Shown here in pieces: positions 54,842-61,793 of a DNA stretch of 64,000 bases. Within the stretch, counting starts at the first letter, position 1; every line of letters starts with the position of its first letter. Under the pieces are notes generated by a model. It saw only the letters and a list, made by a program, of their open reading frames with translations, was not told the origin of the DNA and did not search any database. The stretch is taken from positions 43,367 through 107,366 of the forward strand of contig JAKISP010000002.1 in assembly GCA_021648525.1 (NCBI GenBank), read 5' to 3'. Source of the DNA: Gammaproteobacteria bacterium (lineage in GTDB: Bacteria; Pseudomonadota; Gammaproteobacteria; SZUA-140). Made by a program: the position numbers and the translations under genes.

Positions 54842-55105
54842 ATGACTTTCAAATCCCCAAAACTAAATGAGATGCTGCAACAGCTTATCGCGCTGCCATC
54901 GATGAACAGCGCCAGCCCCGAGTCTGATACCAGCAATCGAGAGGTGGTTGATCTATTAGCCTCATGGCTCGACAAACCAGGATTCGAGGTCACCATCACG
55001 CCACTCCCTGACCAGACACATCAACCGGATGAGTACCTTTCATTAGATAGAATTCAGCCGACCGTTGAATGGCTATCAAAGCTAATACGGCAGTTTTGCC
55101 TGTAA
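54842..55105 (+). pseudogene. argE: Internally deleted acetylornithine deacetylase (ArgE/M20) remnant
   Basis: N-terminus (LQQLIALPS...SNREVVDLLASWL...GF) joined in frame to the C-terminus (DQTHQPDEYL...LIRQFCL); catalytic core absent. Confidence 0.75.
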
Positions 55106-55115
55106 AATACACTAG

Positions 55116-55274
55116 GAGCCTATCGGACTTAGGTGATCGTCGCGAGAGAAAGCCATTTTGAGACCATTTTTTCGATCATTTGAGGCGAATATTGAGCATA
55201 TTTAACGAAATTGATCGGAAAAATGGACCGAAATGGCTTTTTCGTAGTAGATTCATCCTAAGTCCGACAGGCTC
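55116..55274. mobile_element. MITE copy A (159 bp)
   Basis: TIRs gagcctatcggacttagg / cctaagtccgacaggctc, flanked by CTAG on both sides; near-identical inverted copy at 56482-56629. Confidence 0.88.
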
Positions 55275-55413
55275 CTAGACCTGCTTTGCTTCCGACCCAC
55301 GAAGCTTTTAACTCAAAATTTTTATAGCGATAAAGCTGATTTTTTTCGAATTGATTATCAATCAAAGCCTATTGATACTGTGAGCACTTTCACCAACTAA
55401 TAAGGACAACACA

Positions 55414-55509
55414 ATGGGTACAAAGGGCGTCATCATTACAACCATTCTCACGACCGCTCTACTAGTCGCATATTTCATGCATTTTATGGAAATTGCCCCT
55501 GGCAATTAG
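55414..55509 (+). CDS. Putative 31-aa hydrophobic peptide MGTKGVIITTILTTALLVAYFMHFMEIAPGN
   Basis: SD taagga about 7 nt upstream; one TM-length segment. Confidence 0.5.
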   Translation: MGTKGVIITTILTTALLVAYFMHFMEIAPGN

Positions 55510-55552
55510 AGGTTGTTAGCCGGAAATACTGGCAGGACAATTCCACTCAGAT

Positions 55553-56332
55553 TTATGAGCTTGATTGATAAACCACGGCATTCTCTGCTTGCACTCCTTT
55601 GGGGGCGCTAACTTTTTCAAACTCGATAATCGCGCTCCTTCTGGAGAGTTCTAAAAACCGCTCATTGGGCACTGCCTCACCATTTTCGCGCAGACTAGAG
55701 ATATGACAGAATATCCCCGTGCCAATGTCGGTCACCTTAAAACCTGTACGCGTGGATAAAAAACCGAAACCTTTGTCCTGAACATTTTGCAATATGCCAC
55801 GAAATTTTTGATTCCTGGCATTATCGGGTATTGCTAAAATCCCAGGCACGATAGAACCGGGAAAGTAGTAATCAACCTCTCGTTTTAATTCACTACTGAC
55901 GTTTGCGAACGCCAACGCATCGACACGTTTTCCCTTATTCTGCAGCGCTCGAACCAGACGTAGAAAATCACCATCGCCACTACCAATCATTATATAGTCC
56001 AGATTCTCGGCCTGAAGCAGTGCATCGACCGCCATATCAAGATCTGCATTGGCTTTAACCGTTTCAGTCCCATCTTCGTTACGATAGCGTTTAATCTCTT
56101 TCTCGACGATATGAAAGCCTGCCATTCTAATCCTGTCGCGGTATTTCTCCGACTTCTCTCGATACTCGGGGTCTCTTCTCTCCCTGTTTGAATCCACTGC
56201 CATATAGGCATTTGCCCTTAGAATAATGGTGCCCTGAGCCTCAACCAACTCCCTGATAGCGCCCAGTCTCATCCCCCAGCCACCATTAATGACCAAGTTT
56301 TCCATATCGATAAAGATGCCTGCTTTTAACAT
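55553..56332 (-). CDS. NYN (LabA/DUF88, PIN-like) nuclease fused to a C-terminal cold-shock domain
   Basis: IFIDMENL, KANADLDMAVD, GSGDGDF; CSD RNP1 KGFGFL, RNP2 IFCHIS, KGVQAENA. Confidence 0.88.
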   Translation of the reverse strand: MLKAGIFIDMENLVINGGWGMRLGAIRELVEAQGTIILRANAYMAVDSNRERRDPEYREKSEKYRDRIRMAGFHIVEKEIKRYRNEDGTETVKANADLDMAVDALLQAENLDYIMIGSGDGDFLRLVRALQNKGKRVDALAFANVSSELKREVDYYFPGSIVPGILAIPDNARNQKFRGILQNVQDKGFGFLSTRTGFKVTDIGTGIFCHISSLRENGEAVPNERFLELSRRSAIIEFEKVSAPKGVQAENAVVYQSSS

Positions 56333-56481
56333 ACCTGTATTGCTTACTCTTAAATTTATGAATGTAATAAATTGCCAGAGGTTAACCTGGCACCCTGTAT
56401 TGCCCATTACAGTTATTAATTGCCTGGTGTGATAGACGTGTGCCACGGTTTCGCAATAAATATTGCAATATTCCACCCTAG

Positions 56482-56629
56482 GAGCCTGTCGGACTTAGGA
56501 TGAATCTACTGCGAAAAAGCCATTTCGGTCCATTTTTCCGATCAATTTCGTTAAATATGCTCAATATTCGCCTCAAATGATCGAAAAAATGGTTTTCTCT
56601 CGCGACGATCACCTAAGTCCGACAGGCTC
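56482..56629. mobile_element. MITE copy B (148 bp, inverted relative to copy A)
   Basis: TIRs gagcctgtcggacttagg / cctaagtccgacaggctc; flanks CTAG/CCAG; 11 bp shorter than copy A. Confidence 0.88.
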
Positions 56630-56710
56630 CCAGGTGAACTGAAAATAATAGCAGCCCAACAGGCAGAATCAACAGGCAACATAATCATACGGCACTAAAT
56701 AAACAAGTAA

Positions 56711-56774
56711 CACTGGATATACTCTTGATATATCCAATCTAGCCGTTATAATTGGATATACTCACTGGATATAC
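56711..56774 (+). promoter_or_regulatory. vapBC promoter/operator
   Basis: TTGATA-N16-TATAAT overlapped by three TGGATATAC copies and one inverted TATATCCA. Confidence 0.65.
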
Positions 56775-56787
56775 ATCGAGAGCGCGC

Positions 56788-57024
56788 ATGAGCAAAGCCC
56801 ACACAACGCTATTTAAAAGCAATCAGACCCAGGCGGTTCGACTACCCAAAGCTGTCGCGCTGCCCGACACCGTTAAAAAGGTTGATATCGTCGCCATCGG
56901 CAATACCCGTATCATCACCCCTGCCGGGGAGTCCTGGGACCAATGGTTTGATGGCCCAGCCACCTCTGATGATTTTATGTCCGATCGCAACCAGCCTGCT
57001 GACCAGAAACGAGAGATGCTTTAA
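56788..57024 (+). CDS. vapB: VapB antitoxin (AbrB/SpoVT fold)
   Basis: TTLFKSNQTQAVRLPKAVALP, RIITPAGESWDQWF, DFMSDR. Confidence 0.92.
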   Translation: MSKAHTTLFKSNQTQAVRLPKAVALPDTVKKVDIVAIGNTRIITPAGESWDQWFDGPATSDDFMSDRNQPADQKREML

Positions 57025-57026
57025 GC

Positions 57027-57425
57027 ATGTTGAAATACATGCTTGATACCAACATCGTTATTTACACCATCAAGAATCGCCCCGCACAAGTCCGCGAGGC
57101 ATTTAAGCAACATGAAAATCAGATGTGTATCTCAGCAGTCACCCTTGGCGAGCTGGTTTACGGCGCTGAAAAATCCGCTAAACCCGAACAGAACCTCGCC
57201 ACGATCGAAGGCCTTACTGCACGCCTCAATGTCGCCGCTTTTGATCAACATGCATCAGAACACTTTGGCCAGTTAAGAGCCGAGCTTGCTCGCAACGGCA
57301 AACCAATTGGCCCTTACGACATGATGATCGCAGGCCACGCACGCTCAATGGGGTTAATACTCGTCACCAACAACCAGAAAGCATTTGAACGTGTGCCGGG
57401 ACTGCGCATTGAAAACTGGGCCTAA
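57027..57425 (+). CDS. vapC: VapC PIN-domain toxin
   Basis: YMLDTNIVI, ELVYGAEKS, PIGPYDMMIAGHA, LVTNN, FERVPGL. Confidence 0.95.
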   Translation: MLKYMLDTNIVIYTIKNRPAQVREAFKQHENQMCISAVTLGELVYGAEKSAKPEQNLATIEGLTARLNVAAFDQHASEHFGQLRAELARNGKPIGPYDMMIAGHARSMGLILVTNNQKAFERVPGLRIENWA

Positions 57426-57487
57426 GTCAGCCAACTGGATACGGTTGTGGCTATAAAAATATTTTCCTGGAAATCTAAAATCAGGAA

Positions 57488-57532
<45 letters not shown>

Positions 57533-57925
57533 AGCCAGTAAAATCAATAAGCTACTGATTTTGTTACCGCAGGGTAGCGTAGTACAAATTAGGTAGAATT
57601 ATAATAACTTCAACAGGTTGCATTAGATTAGCGTAGTTCCGAAAAACTGAGCACTGTACCGCGAGTGTACCGCAAAATTGAGCCTGTTTTATTCAACATA
57701 AAACCACTCAACGCTCCAGACAAACAACATGAGGCATGGAGATATATTGTAATTGACAACATCCGCTAGCATAAAGTTATCGTTTGCAATGATGAAATCC
57801 AAATATCAGTGGGCAAAGAGACTTTTGTCTTTTTAGTATTCTTTACGTTCAAATCATATTTTTAGCTGCTAAAAATACTGTCGAAGTGCAGGCTCGATGA
57901 AACGGATGCAACATAAGCAATCAGT

Positions 57926-58412
57926 ATGAAGTGGAGACCATTTGAATATCAGGGGGCTACTTATAACCTGTCGCACCTGGATCCTTTTTATTGGCACTAC
58001 ACTGCTGAGGCAGGCGGAAAACGCCCAGAGTGTACTTATAAGTTTCAAGTCAGTTTCTCTATGCACTGTTTTACTAAAAAGGCGCTGACCAGCGAAACGA
58101 TAGGTGATGAGCGGTGGTATACGGGGCCAAAAGAGAACCGAGTTTTCTGCGTTGATCGCTATGCTTTTTCCACTCAACTTCCAGATATCATCCGAAGCAT
58201 GGGAGAGCGGCCCTGTTGGCACACTCACCATGGGAATTTTTTTACCATCGAATTGACTACCCAGGAGGAAAGGATGGTTAAACCTGATCGTCGAAAGCGC
58301 TTATGAACGAACAGATGCTTATGCAACCATGCAGCCTGGAAAACGAAAAATCCGTCTGGATGTTATCGCTTACAATCGACAGGCAGGAAAGAAAATAAAA
58401 CCGGGAGGGTAA
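57926..58412 (+). pseudogene. Frameshifted putative toxin/RNase-like gene
   Basis: 126-aa ORF continues in the +1 frame from about 58263 as RRKGWLNLIVESAYERT...RKIRLDVIAYNRQAGKKIKPGG to TAA at 58412. Confidence 0.55.
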
Positions 58413-58423
58413 CGGACGCGCAT

Positions 58424-58543
58424 AAAATAAAGCCCGCTCAAAGGCGGGCTTTCCGGGACTCTTTGAATATCCCCAGACCTGCTGGAGACCTGTCACCAGG
58501 CGGTACAACCACGCTGCCTAAGCAGCTCCGTTCATATGGTTGC
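58424..58543 (-). ncRNA. Candidate structured small RNA convergent with the 57926 gene
   Basis: Minus-strand promoter TTTACA-N17-GATACT (58578-58550), several stems, terminator aaagcccgc/gcgggcttt with a minus-strand U-tract. Confidence 0.55.
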
Positions 58544-58960
58544 ATTAATAGTATCGGCTTTTAAACCGAATATGTAAATAGTAAAAAGGTATTAACATAC
58601 TGCAACCGAGACAGGTAAAAGAAAGGCAAAACAATATAACCAATTGTAATACAACAATATAAACACTTAATTTCTAATTCTAACTGCATTAGATCGCATC
58701 TGGTGGTTAGGTGTCCACAGAGACGGGCATCATGAGTATGGCAACAGCAGCACTGCAAAGGGCCACCGAGCTACAAGGCAATAAGTGAAGGTGCTGTGCC
58801 TTTGAATATTAGAATATTAGAATTTAATTTTTAATGGCCGGTTAGTCGCGAAAGCGGCCATATGTTTTCAGTTATAGATGAAGCCTTATTACAATGTATG
58901 CGCATCAACCATCTTATTGATATCTAAGCGATTAAACTGAGGTTGATTAATATTTAATTC

Positions 58961-59149
58961 CTCCGGCACCTTTTCTGAAGTTGTGGAGGCTAACAGCCTC
59001 TGACTACCTTTCCAATCTCTATGCCTCGAACCGTGTTACCCTAGGCGACTATCTAAACCACTTCTTAGTGGGGGCCTCTTGTTGACAACTGGCTTACTCT
59101 TACTGGCACGATCTCGTCGCCTCTCCTGAGTTCAGCACGAGGAATTATC
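58961..59149 (+). promoter_or_regulatory. Candidate structured 5' leader RNA of the DUF1611 operon
   Basis: Nested pairings cctcg..cgtg/cacgagg (covering the SD), aggcgac/gtcgcct, ccact/agtgg, gaggc/gcctc. Confidence 0.45.
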
Positions 59150-60358
59150 ATGTCTATTATCTATCCTATACCACCACAGGCCCGCCCTTATTCTCAACAA
59201 GCACCGCCAGTTTCTACTGATAAGTCACTCTCCACAGCCATACCTGCCATAGACTCACCTTCTACATCATCAAATCGTGTTACAACCGCTATTGTTTATT
59301 GCGAAGGCAACTTCGCTGCCCCTGATGGCAAAACCGCTAACGGGCTTGTCCGACATTCAGAAAAATACAAAATTCTCTCAGTCATAGATAGTAAAAAAGC
59401 GGGCCTCGATGCTGGCTCAGTGCTTGACGATAAGCCAAATGCTATTCCCATTTGTCGTGACTTTGAGGGCGCACTGGCCCAGGCAGGCGACATACCTGAC
59501 ACGTTCATTTTCGGCATGGCGCCATCCAGTGGGATGTTGTCGCCACATGAGCGCGGTCTCGTACTTGAGGCTATGGTTCTCGGCATGAACATCGTCAATG
59601 GTCTGCATGAATTTTTGAACGATGATCCGGTGTTTGCTGCGGCGTGTATTACTTACAACGTTACGATCTTCGACGTTCGAAAGCCTCGTGCCAAAAAAGA
59701 TCTGCGCTTGTTCAGCGGCCGTATTGCCGAGGTTACTTGCCCGCGTATCGCTGTGCTCGGCACCGACGGCGCTATTGGCAAACGTACTACCGCGACTATC
59801 CTGACTCAAGCCCTAAACGATTATGGTGTAAAAGCGGTAATGGTCGTTACCGGACAGACGGGGCTGATTCAGGGTGCCCGCTATGGCATTGCACTCGATG
59901 CTATACCGTCACAGTTCTGTTCAGGTGAGATGGAAGCCAGCATCATTGAAGCCTTTGAAGGTGAGCAGCCTGATGTGATTATCATTGAAGGGCAAGGTGC
60001 ACTGAGTCACCCTGCTTACTTGAGCTCTATTTTTATCCTGCGGGGTAGTTGCGCAGATGGCGTGGTGTTGCAGCACGCACCAGGACGTAGCCATCGTTGT
60101 GATTTTGAAGATGTGGTCATGCCGACACCGGCCTCCGAGATTAATCTCATCCAGACGTTTGCACAGACCAAGGTGATCGGTCTTACCATCAACCATGAAA
60201 ATATGACAGATGAGCAGGTTAGTGAGGCAATCGCGCAGTATGAACACGAATTTGGTATTCCCGCCACAGATGCGTTGACGCGATCCCCTGAGCGTCTGGT
60301 CGACATGGTTTTTGACGCATTTCCCACGATTAAAGGTAAGCTAGCTGACTGCGCGTAG
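59150..60358 (+). CDS. DUF1611 (DgcN-like) P-loop protein
   Basis: GKTANGL, NGLHEFL, DVRKP, GTDGAIGKRTT, TGQTG, IEGQGALSHPAY, LRGS, VLQHAP. Confidence 0.9.
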   Translation: MSIIYPIPPQARPYSQQAPPVSTDKSLSTAIPAIDSPSTSSNRVTTAIVYCEGNFAAPDGKTANGLVRHSEKYKILSVIDSKKAGLDAGSVLDDKPNAIPICRDFEGALAQAGDIPDTFIFGMAPSSGMLSPHERGLVLEAMVLGMNIVNGLHEFLNDDPVFAAACITYNVTIFDVRKPRAKKDLRLFSGRIAEVTCPRIAVLGTDGAIGKRTTATILTQALNDYGVKAVMVVTGQTGLIQGARYGIALDAIPSQFCSGEMEASIIEAFEGEQPDVIIIEGQGALSHPAYLSSIFILRGSCADGVVLQHAPGRSHRCDFEDVVMPTPASEINLIQTFAQTKVIGLTINHENMTDEQVSEAIAQYEHEFGIPATDALTRSPERLVDMVFDAFPTIKGKLADCA

Positions 60359-61458
60359 TGAGTGCGCCGCGGTTAGAAATTGACCTGGACAAGATCTATC
60401 ACAACGCTCGGACACTGGTCGAACGCTTGGCTGTAAGGGGTATTTCGGTCACGGGTGTGAGCAAAGCAAGCCTCGGTTGCCTAGCGATAGCCTCAGCTAT
60501 GCTGCGGGCAGGTGTGCGTTCACTGGGTGACTCCCGCATCGAGAATATCGAAGCGATGCGTGATGCGCAGGTAGCGGCACCAATGACACTGATCCGTTCA
60601 CCGATGCTTAGCCAGGTGGCGAGGGTGGTGACGCAGGCTGACATAAGTTTTAACACTGAACTCGATGTTATCAGTCAGCTCTCATCTGCCGCGCAGAAGG
60701 CGAAGCGGATACACGGGGTTGTACTCATGGTCGAGCTTGGTGACCTACGCGAGGGCATCATGCCGGGGGACCTGGAGAGCACCGTGCGTGAGACGATTCG
60801 CTTCCCAAACATAGTGTTCAAAGGTATTGGAACTAACCTTGCGTGCCGCTGTGGTGTTTCACCCGATGCTAACAACATGGCTGAACTATCCGAGCTAGCC
60901 GATTCGATTGACGCGATCTTCGGCCCCGTGCTCAGTATCGTTTCTGGCGGTAACTCTGCCAATCTCGAGTGGGTGCTAAGCGGTGCAGACACCGGACGGA
61001 TAAACAATCTTCGATTGGGTGAATCGCTATTATTAGGGTGTGAGCCATTGCACCGTCAAGCCATTGATGGCCTGCATACTGATGCCATCACTCTCATCGC
61101 CGAAGTAATAGAATCGAAGATTAAGCCATCACAACCATGGGGTGAGGTTGGTCAGAGCGCGTTTGGTGTTACGCCATCGGTCACAAATCGGGGCAATATC
61201 TTCCAGACGATCTTGGCCATCGGGCAGCAGGATATTGATCCGAATGGCCTTCAAGCGCCTAGCGGAATTGAGATCCTTGGGGCGAGCAGTGACCATCTTA
61301 TTGTTGAATCCAGTCGTTGTTTGCCCGTAGGTACCGAGATCAGCTTCCAGTTAAATTACAGTGCGCTGGTGCGCGCGATGACCTCACCTTTTGTCATTAA
61401 GGTCGAAAAGAGTCAGGGTCATTACTCGCATGTGCCTGATAGTTATGGCAACCCCTAA
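60358..61458 (+). CDS. PLP-dependent alanine/ornithine racemase-family enzyme
   Basis: LEIDLDKIYHN, GVSK (PLP Lys), DSRIEN, GDLREG, GTNLAC, SGGNS, LRLGES, GASSDHL; 1-bp overlap with DUF1611. Confidence 0.9.
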   Translation: MSAPRLEIDLDKIYHNARTLVERLAVRGISVTGVSKASLGCLAIASAMLRAGVRSLGDSRIENIEAMRDAQVAAPMTLIRSPMLSQVARVVTQADISFNTELDVISQLSSAAQKAKRIHGVVLMVELGDLREGIMPGDLESTVRETIRFPNIVFKGIGTNLACRCGVSPDANNMAELSELADSIDAIFGPVLSIVSGGNSANLEWVLSGADTGRINNLRLGESLLLGCEPLHRQAIDGLHTDAITLIAEVIESKIKPSQPWGEVGQSAFGVTPSVTNRGNIFQTILAIGQQDIDPNGLQAPSGIEILGASSDHLIVESSRCLPVGTEISFQLNYSALVRAMTSPFVIKVEKSQGHYSHVPDSYGNP

Positions 61459-61793
61459 ATCGTTGTTGTCAGGTACTAACGCGATTTTTGTTGGCATAGC
61501 ACACGCATTAAGACTTAGTTTAACCGTAGTTTACTGATCATTATTTGTTGTTCAATGTCGGCTTTGTCTATGGATCTGCCATTGAACTGATACACGGAAA
61601 ATAACTCAAATGCGCCAGGAGCGGACATTTGGATTTTTACTCTAGCCCCAACTATTATTTCCTCATCAAAGCGAGGAATAACGTAAGAAATAGCATACTA
61701 CCGTCAACAGTAGAAGTCAGGTGAAGCCATCTGACACAAACAATATGGCCTCCAAAATATATGAGGCGGTTCAATATATGATATTTTAAGCCT

